This document shows, in pieces, positions 1-8,104 of a stretch of 40,668 nt of DNA. How positions within the stretch are numbered: the first letter of the stretch is position 1; each line of letters starts with the position of its first letter. The notes below the pieces were generated by a model. It made no database searches, was not told the origin of the DNA, and worked only from the letters and a program-made list of their open reading frames with translations. The translations under genes were made by a program, and so were the position numbers. Origin of the DNA: Chlamydiota bacterium (lineage in GTDB: Bacteria; Chlamydiota; Chlamydiia; Chlamydiales; SM23-39); assembly GCA_039179045.1 (NCBI GenBank), contig JBCDEZ010000006.1, forward strand, positions 1 through 40,668. Reading direction: 5' to 3'.

Positions 1-215
1 GAGAAGGTACTCCTGAAGATAGATCGAAATACTTACAGAAAAAAGCAAAGTTTGTTCTGCAATAATCTTCCATACCCACCCAATTGTCGATTCCTGCTAA
101 GCAAGAACAAAGTATCACAAACAAAATCGACATTAGGGGATGCTTCTTACTTGCGTGCGATTCTTGGATCTTCAATTCTTCCGCAAATTTTCTTCCATTC
201 CTCTATTAGTGCCAT
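1..215 (-). pseudogene. ISAs1-family transposase N-terminus, frameshifted, truncated by window edge
   Basis: ATG at 215 gives MALIEEWKKICGRIEDPRIARK*. Removing one A at 151-152 continues SKKHPLMSILFVILCSCLAGIDNWVGMEDYCRTNFAFFCKYFDLSSGVPS, matching the ISAs1 pattern I.DPR...KKH.L..IL....C..LAG...W.....Y.......L..G.PS(HDT). Confidence 0.85.
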
Positions 216-301
216 TGTTTTCTCTCCTCATCAAACATTAGAGAAAAAATCATGGCCACTTGGACCTACCTTAAGTCAAATTTTTATATGTGATCGCCCT
301 G
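1..301 (-). mobile_element. Left end of an ISAs1-family insertion sequence (continues beyond window start)
   Basis: Minus strand begins CAGGGCGATCACATATAAAAA at 301, an ISAs1-type CAGGGC terminal inverted repeat. It is followed by an SD (GAGGAG) and an ISAs1 transposase N-terminus starting at 215. Confidence 0.8.
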
Positions 302-513
302 CGCCCTTTTGAGAAAGCGACCGCTTTTGAGCAACATTACCATTTTGCGCATCATCAAGCGTGTCGAAAAAGGGCAATTTTACCACCCAATATAGCACCG
401 TGCAGCGCAGACGGTATCGCTTAGGATAAGAGCATGTATGAGCATGAGTGGGAAAAAGGCGTAGCTAAAGCGATGAATGTAGAGTGCAGACGCAATCTGT
501 CTTAAGAAGAGTC

Positions 514-1038
514 ATGGCAAGAGTTGAGACTCAAGATCAGTCACGCTTTTCGAGCTCTGCCGGAGCTCTCTTTGGCTGAAGCAGTACACGAGGAACATAC
601 CGAATCTGCCTATGAAAGCTCCGTGCGTCTTTGTTTCTCTGCAAACTTGACTGCATTTGCAGCTTGTGTGTACAAACAAGATCTTTCTCTAACGCGCATT
701 CTTGAACAGGGTAGCATCAGCGCTTATGTAAAAAGGCCAAACTCCTATGAATTTTTAGGGAGCGAGCGTGAGGAGGTGGCTTTTTTTAAAAATGCGGCAG
801 AGCCTGAACACTTGGCAAAGTGAGGACAAGCCTTTTCACATCAAATGCGATTTTTCACAAAGAGCGAATCCATCCTCTCTATGTCACAAAAATTGTTGTT
901 CAAGATCAGTATACCAAAATCTTGTTTCAGGACTATCTTTGCAAAAAAGCGCTATTGGCAATCGATATGAAAGGGCAAGAAGCGATCTTGGGCATTTCTT
1001 TAGAACGATGCATCACCACTTTTTCAACCATTGAGTAG
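514..1038 (+). pseudogene. Possible fragmented hypothetical gene (three consecutive out-of-frame ORF pieces)
   Basis: ATG at 514 opens a 21-aa ORF; ORFs 524-823 and 820-1038 follow in other frames. No recognisable homology. Confidence 0.3.
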
Positions 1039-2115
1039 AGATTTTTCTCCCGCGGATGAGCGGCTCTCTTCTTTTGCCTTTTTTTCGGAGGAAAAGTCAA
1101 AAAGAAAGTCCAGGACCCGCTTTTCTGCGCAAAGAGAGGTATGTTTATCGATGTAGTTTTTTAGTGGTAAGGAGTGGTGAAAAGCAGCACTACTCAAAGA
1201 GGTGTAGGGTGTCAATTCGACATAACTCGTGCTTTTCCTAGACTTTGCTTGCAAGAAGTAGTGGAGCGAGGCTCTGTAGGGGATGATTGCATCGTTTTTC
1301 TGAAACAAAACAAGCTTTTCCCCTCGCAAGGAGGACCACTGATCAGATACATCTAGTTCCCAATCTAATGAGCGCATGATCCAGGAAAAAACTCCGCCCA
1401 TCCGAGGATAACGTAAGGAAAAGAGCTGGGTGATTGAGGCAAATGAGCGTTCATTGACATACTTGATCGGTTGGTTGGGATACAGTGATTTTACGAAAGC
1501 TGCCACACTCGCACCTAAAGAGTGGCCGTAAAAGACAATTCTCGCGGGATCGCTTTGCAAACAGGTCCGTACGTATTGGTAGAGAGTGTCTCCGTCCAGA
1601 ATCAGATCGGACGCTTTTCGAGCTCTTCCTGACGATTCCCCACATCCTCGATAATCGATAGTCACAAAGTTCGCCACAATATTGCGCTCTTGACAGCTTG
1701 CAAGCAGCCATTCATATTCTCCATGCTTGACAAGCGAGCCGTTTGGCTGAAATAAAAGCACTACAGGTGTATCAGGAGTCTTTTCTTTGTGCGCATAGTA
1801 GACTCCTGAAATAGCTGCGCCATCTGGTGTATGCAACAAAATATTGTATACATCAAAGTTTTTTCTCAAACTATTTTCCCCCTCTACCGACCATCTTCTT
1901 AAGAAAATAGCAGCAGTGGTGCGTGCCTCTTTTTTCCGATAACTTGAAGCGGGGAGGAGTTTTCTTCGGCAAATCGCGCGTCCTATCCGCAAGAGAAAAA
2001 AGAGGGGAAAAAAAAGCGCAGAGCCGAGTTGTTTGAGACGTTTATTGCGAATGCGGTAGGGGAAGATTGCCTGATGCCATTTTGCATTGAAGACATATGC
2101 GTTGTTTTCGTTCAT
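1024..2115 (-). CDS. Alpha/beta hydrolase family protein (chlamydial CPn0927/CPn0928-like, ABHD12/13-like)
   Basis: DYRGCGES motif, nucleophile elbow YGHSLG, NERSF, candidate Asp (KNDAIIP) and His (FHHSLP), N-terminal hydrophobic segment. ATG at 2115 overlaps the sufE stop (ATGA); alternative start 2124. Confidence 0.85.
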   Translation of the reverse strand: MNENNAYVFNAKWHQAIFPYRIRNKRLKQLGSALFFPLFFLLRIGRAICRRKLLPASSYRKKEARTTAAIFLRRWSVEGENSLRKNFDVYNILLHTPDGAAISGVYYAHKEKTPDTPVVLLFQPNGSLVKHGEYEWLLASCQERNIVANFVTIDYRGCGESSGRARKASDLILDGDTLYQYVRTCLQSDPARIVFYGHSLGASVAAFVKSLYPNQPIKYVNERSFASITQLFSLRYPRMGGVFSWIMRSLDWELDVSDQWSSLRGEKLVLFQKNDAIIPYRASLHYFLQAKSRKSTSYVELTPYTSLSSAAFHHSLPLKNYIDKHTSLCAEKRVLDFLFDFSSEKKAKEESRSSAGEKSLLNG

Positions 2116-2552
2116 GAGGGGCATGTCCTAAGGATTTGCACCGCTTCTCGCTTCAGAAAAGTGACCATAGAGTTCAGGCCGTGTGAGCGGTTCATGGATA
2201 AATGGGAAAAAATCCCCATATCCCGGAGAAAAGAGAGGTCGGTGACCAGCACCTCTTCAATCAGTAAGCCATCATGCAAGGATACAACGAGATAAGAGAG
2301 CCCCTTTGCAATCAGGGCATCCGAACAAGCTTTGCAAAAGAGTCTCCTATTCGCTGTTCCAAGATAGAGGTACGTTTCACTTTGGCAGCCAGGTACTCTT
2401 TTTGCTTTTTCCCGCTCCTCTTGAGACAGAGGGGCGAGTTTATTTCCTAGCTCCATGAGCCTTTGATATGCGCCCTCTTGACCCGTGCACGAGGAGAACC
2501 AATCTTGTATTGCTTCTTTTCTTTCAACAAAGTTTTGCATACTTCCCATCAT
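2112..2552 (-). CDS. sufE: SufE family Fe-S cluster sulfur acceptor
   Basis: Y..L.ELG.KL, VPGCQS (active Cys), SDALIAKGL and LS.NR..GL motifs. Position upstream of infA as for C. trachomatis CT325. Confidence 0.9.
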   Translation of the reverse strand: MMGSMQNFVERKEAIQDWFSSCTGQEGAYQRLMELGNKLAPLSQEEREKAKRVPGCQSETYLYLGTANRRLFCKACSDALIAKGLSYLVVSLHDGLLIEEVLVTDLSFLRDMGIFSHLSMNRSHGLNSMVTFLKREAVQILRTCPS

Positions 2553-3278
2553 AAAGGATTTTTCCGTTTAGCTCAATTTCGATTGCTCTCGAAAAAATAT
2601 TGAGATTTGTATGTAAAAACAGTGGGTCCTCCTGATCGGAAGGGCAGTACGCAAGAAGCAGGTACGGGATTGCATGGATGGTTTTTTCTTTAAAGTGCAA
2701 TAAAACAAGAAAAAATTAAATAATTACATCAGAAAGTAGTCTAGCTCATTGCCGCCAGAAGTAAAGAGATGCTTGGGTCTTCATTTAGTCAAGATCCAAA
2801 AATGGAAAACAAACGGTAAAGCAACATACTAGAAGAAAAGATCCTGCATGCAGCAAAATCAGAAAATACACAACATGTAACTAAGATGCTTTTCTTAAGT
2901 TACATGTCTATGCCCATCTTGAATGAAGACTTGCGTAAGGAAATTTTTCAAAAACAAACAGTTCAATTTTTCGGAGAGTATCCCCGCCCAGTCCAGAGCT
3001 TTTCCACAAACTGAGAAAACGAACCATAGATAGCTCCCATCTCTATTTTTCCGCTTAACCCAATTCTTCAAATGAAATGGGTATAACCCAGGATTACCTA
3101 ATTTAGGACTACCGGAAAAGCAGGTGTAGAGAAGCAAAAACAATGGTTAGCGGCAGTACTGCTGTCTCGAAAAAAGACTGAGTGAAAGCAGAGCCGGTTG
3201 CTTCATTGATGGACTGTATCCTAATTTTTTTAATGACTGTATTTCTCATTTCCCTACGAAAAAAAGAAAGAGTTTCTA

Positions 3279-3332
3279 TTGACATTAAGAGGAGAATGAG
3301 ATTTGATTAATATCATTTCCCGTATATAGACT
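3279..3332 (+). promoter_or_regulatory. Candidate sigma66 promoter elements upstream of infA
   Basis: TTGACA at 3279-3284 lacks a good -10 at normal spacing. An alternative pair is TTGATT (3303-3308)-18 nt-TAGACT (3327-3332). Assignment ambiguous. Confidence 0.3.
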
Positions 3333-3340
3333 TGGAACGC

Positions 3341-3562
3341 ATGGCTAAAGAAGATACAGTAACAACGAGTGGAGAGGTAATAGAGCTTTTGCCAAATATG
3401 AGCTTTAAAGTGATGCTGAAAAATGGGGATGTTGTGATCGCATATTTGTGCGGAAAAATGCGAATGAAAAATATTCGCGTTTATGTTGGTGATACAGTCT
3501 CATTGGAAATGTCAGGTTATGACGTGACAAAAGCGCGCATCACTTTTCGCGGCATCAGGTAG
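3341..3562 (+). CDS. infA: Translation initiation factor IF-1
   Basis: MAKED...[48 protein letters not shown]. Confidence 0.98.
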   Translation: MAKEDTVTTSGEVIELLPNMSFKVMLKNGDVVIAYLCGKMRMKNIRVYVGDTVSLEMSGYDVTKARITFRGIR

Positions 3563-3670
3563 CTTTTCGCCCACTTTTTTTCGTTCGGAACTTTCCACTC
3601 TGGATATTGATTTTATTTGTTTGCGCCAGTAAAATATTGGGATTTTGATTAGAGCAAATAGCTTTTTTGC

Positions 3671-3742
3671 GCCCAGGTAGCTCAGGGGTAGAGCACTTGC
3701 ATGGTAAGCAAGCGGTCGTAGGTTCAATTCCTATCTTGGGCA
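3671..3742 (+). tRNA. tRNA-Thr(GGT)
   Basis: Acceptor GCCCAGG/CTTGGGC, D arm GCTC..GAGC, anticodon stem CTTGC/GCAAG with loop ATGGTAA, T arm GGTTCAATTCC. No encoded CCA. Confidence 0.96.
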
Positions 3743-3800
3743 AAGAAGTATATTGATGGATCAAAACACCAGCCCTACTTAAACATGAGGATAAATAGAA

Positions 3801-4985
3801 ATGCCCAAGGAAACATTTAAAAGGAATAAGCCACACGTCAACATTGGAACCATTGGACACGTGGACCATGGAAAAACGACTCTTGCTGCTGCAATTACGA
3901 AAGCCTTATCGAAAAAGGGAGGGGCAAAGTTCCGAGACTACAACAATATTGATAGTGCTCCAGAAGAGCGAGCTCGCGGCATTACCATCAATTCAACGCA
4001 TTTAGAATATGAAACAGACAACCGCCACTATGCGCATGTCGACTGCCCTGGACACGCGGACTATGTGAAAAACATGATCACGGGTGCCGCACAAATGGAT
4101 GGCGCTATTCTTGTTGTCGCTGCAACCGATGGTCCTATGCCTCAGACAAAAGAGCATATCTTGCTTGCGCGTCAGGTAGGTGTTCCGAGTATCGTTGTTT
4201 TCTTGAACAAGATGGATCAGATTGGAGCTGGTGATGAAGAGCTGGTTGATCTCGTCGAAATGGAGTTAACAGAGCTTTTAGAAGAGAAAGGTTACGAAAA
4301 TCCTACCATCATTCGAGGGTCTGCTTACAAGGCTTTGGAAGAAGATCCTGAGTATGAAAAAGCAATTTTTGAACTCATGGCGGCTGTTGATGAGAAGATT
4401 CCTACTCCAGCAAGAGATACAGATGTACCTTTTTTGATGCCTATCGAGGATGTTTTTTCGATCTCTGGAAGAGGTACTGTAGTCACAGGAAGAGTGGAAA
4501 AAGGCATCATCAAACCCAACAACGAAGTCGAGATTGTAGGCCTTAGAGAAACAAGAAAGAGCGTCGCAACGGGCCTGGAAATGTTCAATAAAGTTCTTGA
4601 CGAGGCGCAGGCAGGTGAGAACGTGGGGGTTCTTTTGCGTGGTATCGATAAGAATGATGTAGAAAGAGGAATGGTTCTAGCGGCCCCTGGAACCTGCAAA
4701 CCGCACACCAAATTCAAGGCAGCAGTTTATATTCTCAACAAAGATGAGGGAGGACGGCACAAGCCCTTTTTCACAGGATACCGTCCCCAGTTTTTCTTCA
4801 GAACCACTGATGTAACAGGCACGGTTTCCCTTCCTGAGGGTACCGAAATGGTCATGCCAGGCGATAACGTAGAAATCGTAGGTGAACTGATCTCTCCTGT
4901 TGCGATGGAAAAAGGCATGCGCTTTGCCATCCGTGAAGGAGGAAGAACCATCGGAGCTGGAACCGTTTCCGAAATCATTGAGTAG
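3801..4985 (+). CDS. tuf: Elongation factor Tu
   Basis: [46 protein letters not shown]. Confidence 0.99.
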   Translation: MPKETFKRNKPHVNIGTIGHVDHGKTTLAAAITKALSKKGGAKFRDYNNIDSAPEERARGITINSTHLEYETDNRHYAHVDCPGHADYVKNMITGAAQMDGAILVVAATDGPMPQTKEHILLARQVGVPSIVVFLNKMDQIGAGDEELVDLVEMELTELLEEKGYENPTIIRGSAYKALEEDPEYEKAIFELMAAVDEKIPTPARDTDVPFLMPIEDVFSISGRGTVVTGRVEKGIIKPNNEVEIVGLRETRKSVATGLEMFNKVLDEAQAGENVGVLLRGIDKNDVERGMVLAAPGTCKPHTKFKAAVYILNKDEGGRHKPFFTGYRPQFFFRTTDVTGTVSLPEGTEMVMPGDNVEIVGELISPVAMEKGMRFAIREGGRTIGAGTVSEIIE

Positions 4986-5009
4986 ACCCCTCAAAAATAG
5001 TACGGGTTA

Positions 5010-5082
5010 GGGTGTGTAGCTCAGTTGGTAGAGCAGCGATCTCCAAAGTCGCCGGTCGGGGGTTCGAGTCCCTCCGCACTCG
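5010..5082 (+). tRNA. tRNA-Trp(CCA)
   Basis: Acceptor GGGTGTG/CGCACTC with G discriminator, anticodon loop CTCCAAA, T arm GGTTCGAGTCC. Canonical tuf-trnW-secE position. Confidence 0.96.
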
Positions 5083-5094
5083 ATATAAAAAAGG

Positions 5095-5337
5095 ATGAAA
5101 ATGAGTGTAGTGACACGTTCAAAAAAACAAAAGAAAAAGGGTCTTGTTGCTGAGATTCAGCAGGAACTGCAAAAAGTCACTTGGACTTCTAAGGAAGAGC
5201 TGAGGACTTTTACAAAAATTGTGATCGGTTCCACTTTCTTTTTTGGGATGAGCGTTTACCTGACAGATTTAACAATGCAAAGTTTTTTGCAGGGTATCGG
5301 CCAGGTGTGTAAATGGATAATGGGTGGATATGCATAA
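5095..5337 (+). CDS. secE: Preprotein translocase subunit SecE
   Basis: ELQKVTWTSKEEL motif followed by a TM helix; located between tRNA-Trp and nusG. Confidence 0.93.
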   Translation: MKMSVVTRSKKQKKKGLVAEIQQELQKVTWTSKEELRTFTKIVIGSTFFFGMSVYLTDLTMQSFLQGIGQVCKWIMGGYA

Positions 5338-5875
5338 GTGGTATGTAGTTCAGGTAGTCTCTGGCCAAGAAAAAAAAGCGAAGAAGTCGATCGAAGAGCA
5401 CTTGCATCAAAACAATATGGTCGATCTCATTGAGCAGGTGCTCGTGCCGATAGAAAAAGTTTCTGAGGTGAAGCGGGGCGAGCAGACGATTCGTGAAAAA
5501 AAGCTCTGGCCTGGCTATATCCTATTGAAAATGACTTTGAACGACGACTCTTGGATGTACGTAAAAAATGCTCTTTCTGTCCTCGATTTCTTAGGGGGAG
5601 ATCGTCCCGCTCCTCTTAGCGAGGCTGAAGTATCAGAAATCTTGCGCGATATCGAGGAGAAAAAGCAAGGTGTTGTCCAAAAGCATCAGTTTGCCCTAGG
5701 CAGTAGAGTGAAGATTACAGATGGTGTATTCGTGAACTTTGTAGGTACTATAACGGAAGTTTTTCACGATAAGGGCCGTTTGAGTGTGTTGGTTTCCATT
5801 TTCGGACGAGACACTCAAGTAGATGATCTCGAATTTTGGCAAGTAGAAGAAGTGACACACGAAGAAGCAGAGTAG
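5330..5875 (+). CDS. nusG: Transcription termination/antitermination factor NusG
   Basis: KWYVVQV.SGQEKK, WPGYIL, KOW motif (G.RVKITDGVF.NF.G), VSIFGR.T. Confidence 0.98.
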   Translation: MHKWYVVQVVSGQEKKAKKSIEEHLHQNNMVDLIEQVLVPIEKVSEVKRGEQTIREKKLWPGYILLKMTLNDDSWMYVKNALSVLDFLGGDRPAPLSEAEVSEILRDIEEKKQGVVQKHQFALGSRVKITDGVFVNFVGTITEVFHDKGRLSVLVSIFGRDTQVDDLEFWQVEEVTHEEAE

Positions 5876-5896
5876 TAAATCTTGTAAGGAAAAAAG

Positions 5897-6328
5897 ATGG
5901 CGAAAAAAGTAATCAAAATCATCAAGCTCGAAATCCCGGCGGGGAAAGCAAATCCGGCGCCTCCAATAGGCCCCGCCCTTGGAGCTGCAGGCGTCAACAT
6001 CATGCAATTTTGTAAGGAATTCAACGCAGCCACTTCTGACAAAATGGGTGATATTTTGCCCGTTGAAATCACAGTTTTTGGGGATAAAACCTACTCATTT
6101 ATTACTAAAGAGCCCCCTATGTCTCAACTGATCATGAAAGAGCTGAATCTCTCCTCTGGTTCGGGTGTTCCCAATCGAGACAAAGTGGGAAAGCTCACTA
6201 TGGAGCAGGTCAAGTCGGTAGCAGAGAAAAAAGCTCCCGATTTGCGGGCAGCTAGCGAAGAGGCAATGTGGAATATTGTCATGGGTACGGCTCGTTCGAT
6301 GGGAGTGGATGTGGAGCGAGGAGGTTAG
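5897..6328 (+). CDS. rplK: 50S ribosomal protein L11
   Basis: [37 protein letters not shown]. Confidence 0.99.
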   Translation: MAKKVIKIIKLEIPAGKANPAPPIGPALGAAGVNIMQFCKEFNAATSDKMGDILPVEITVFGDKTYSFITKEPPMSQLIMKELNLSSGSGVPNRDKVGKLTMEQVKSVAEKKAPDLRAASEEAMWNIVMGTARSMGVDVERGG

Positions 6329-6332
6329 AACT

Positions 6333-7046
6333 ATGGCACGAATCACGAAAAGACAAAAAGAACAAAGAAATGTTCTATCCGATAAAAGAAAAAAATACAA
6401 TCTTTCCGATGCGATTTCTCTTTTACAAAAATGTCCCAAAGCAAACTTTGATGAGTCCATCGATGTCTCTTTGGTTTTAGGAGTTGACCCGAAGAAGTCG
6501 GATCAACAGGTACGCGGATTGGTATCACTTCCGCATGGGACAGGTAAGAAAGTGCGCGTTTTGGTCTTTGCCAAAGGAGACAAGGTGCAAGAAGCAAAGA
6601 GCGCTGGTGCAGATTATGTGGGTTCAGACGATCTTCTAGAAAAAATCAAAGGTGGCTGGACCGATTTTGATGCGGTCATCACGACTCCCGATATGATGCG
6701 TGAGGTGGGAAAATTGGGAAAAATTCTTGGTCCCAGAGGTCTTATGCCCACTCCCAAAGCAGGAACTGTAACAAATCAGGTAGGCAAGGTAACCCAGGAA
6801 ATCAAAGCAGGGCAAATTGCCTTTAAGGTGGATAAACAGGGCGTTCTCAACAACAGTGTTGGAAAGGTCTCTTTTCCCTTAGACCACCTTGAAGAGAACA
6901 TCCGCTCTTATTTGCGGAATGTTTCGAAAGCAAAACCACAGACGGCAAAAGGCGTTTACTTCAAGAGCTTGTCACTCTCCTCAACGATGGGGCCAGGCCT
7001 TTTTATCGACATGAATACCGAGATCAACTCTTTACCCTTGAGCTAA
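6333..7046 (+). CDS. rplA: 50S ribosomal protein L1
   Basis: [40 protein letters not shown] at 6333 follows SD GGAGG. Confidence 0.99.
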   Translation: MARITKRQKEQRNVLSDKRKKYNLSDAISLLQKCPKANFDESIDVSLVLGVDPKKSDQQVRGLVSLPHGTGKKVRVLVFAKGDKVQEAKSAGADYVGSDDLLEKIKGGWTDFDAVITTPDMMREVGKLGKILGPRGLMPTPKAGTVTNQVGKVTQEIKAGQIAFKVDKQGVLNNSVGKVSFPLDHLEENIRSYLRNVSKAKPQTAKGVYFKSLSLSSTMGPGLFIDMNTEINSLPLS

Positions 7047-7052
7047 CGTACT

Positions 7053-7565
7053 ATGAGACAAGAGAAACAATTATTATTAGAAGAAATTAAAGAAAAAATT
7101 GACACTGCCAATGCTTTCATCGTCATGCAGTACGGCAAATTTTCTTCGAATCTTTCCTGGGAACTTCGGAAAGCTCTAAGAGAGAATAACGCCGAATTTG
7201 AAGTAGTCAAAAAACGGATCTTCCAAAAGGCGATGCTCTCTTCTGATATCTCGATGGATCTCGATGTGCAGGGGAACGTTGGGATCGTTTTTTTGCACGG
7301 AGAGATTATCGACGGAACGAAGGCTTTTTGCAATTTCAGTAAGAATCAAGGTGATCTATTCACAATCGTTTCTGGAAGATATGAGCAAAAAACCTATAGC
7401 CGGGCAGATGTTGAAAGGCTTTCTACTCTGCCGAATGAAAGCGAGATGCGCGCACAGCTGATCGCGCTTCTACAGGCTCCCATGACCCAAACATTATCGA
7501 CTATGAATGCTCTGATGACAAGTGTCATGCATTGTATCGAAAATAAATGTAAAGAACCCAATTAA
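7053..7565 (+). CDS. rplJ: 50S ribosomal protein L10
   Basis: MRQEKQLLL.E, LRKALR...AEFEVVKKRIF, LS.LP...E.RAQ; position between rplA and rplL. Confidence 0.95.
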   Translation: MRQEKQLLLEEIKEKIDTANAFIVMQYGKFSSNLSWELRKALRENNAEFEVVKKRIFQKAMLSSDISMDLDVQGNVGIVFLHGEIIDGTKAFCNFSKNQGDLFTIVSGRYEQKTYSRADVERLSTLPNESEMRAQLIALLQAPMTQTLSTMNALMTSVMHCIENKCKEPN

Positions 7566-7584
7566 ACATAGTAGAGGTAATATT

Positions 7585-7986
7585 GTGAGTACAGAAACGG
7601 AAGAGCAAAAATTGCAAGATATCGTTGGTCTTTTGAGTAAATTGACTGTCCTAGAACTATCCAAGCTCAAAACTGCTTTGGAAGACACTTGGGGCGTAAC
7701 AGCAGCTGCTCCGGCAGCTGTTATGGCACCTGCTGCTGCGGCAGAGGCTGCTCCTGCAGCCGAGGCGACTGACTTCAAAGTTGTTCTCGAAAAAGTGGGT
7801 AGCAACAAAATTGCGGTCATCAAGGCTGTACGCGAGATCACGCAACTCGGTCTTAAGGAAGCGAAGAAACTCGTCGACGAGGTTCCTAGCGAGCTGGTGG
7901 CATCTGCTCCCAAACAACAAGCAGAAGAGTTTGCAAAGAAAATTACGGATGCTGGTGGAGAAGTCTCTCTCAAGGGCATCTCTTAA
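7585..7986 (+). CDS. rplL: 50S ribosomal protein L7/L12
   Basis: LTVLEL, WGVTAAAP, Ala-rich hinge, KIAVIKAVREIT.LGLKEAKKLVD. GTG start at 7585 follows SD GAGG. Confidence 0.98.
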   Translation: MSTETEEQKLQDIVGLLSKLTVLELSKLKTALEDTWGVTAAAPAAVMAPAAAAEAAPAAEATDFKVVLEKVGSNKIAVIKAVREITQLGLKEAKKLVDEVPSELVASAPKQQAEEFAKKITDAGGEVSLKGIS

Positions 7987-8022
7987 GGCTCTTTAATTTA
8001 ATCGCATATTGTGCAAATCTGG

Positions 8023-8064
8023 AAGAGCAGGATTGATAGGTACATCTTTCTCTGCTCTTGTTTT
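8023..8064 (+). terminator. Hairpin plus T-tract between rplL and rpoB (terminator/attenuator candidate)
   Basis: AAGAGCAGG (8023-8031) pairs with TCTGCTCTT (8051-8059), followed by GTTTT. Confidence 0.45.
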
Positions 8065-8104
8065 ACGTTGTTTTCAAGAAGTTTCGCTTTAAGCAGGAGA
8101 AAAA

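Noticed and set aside
52..312. 86-aa + strand ORF
   Set aside because: Antisense shadow of the ISAs1 transposase and its terminal repeat.
2620..2670. GGAAGGGCAG...AAGCAGG segment resembling the SRP RNA core
   Set aside because: Lacks the TCAGG-N3-GNRA-N3-AGCAG geometry and a long flanking stem.
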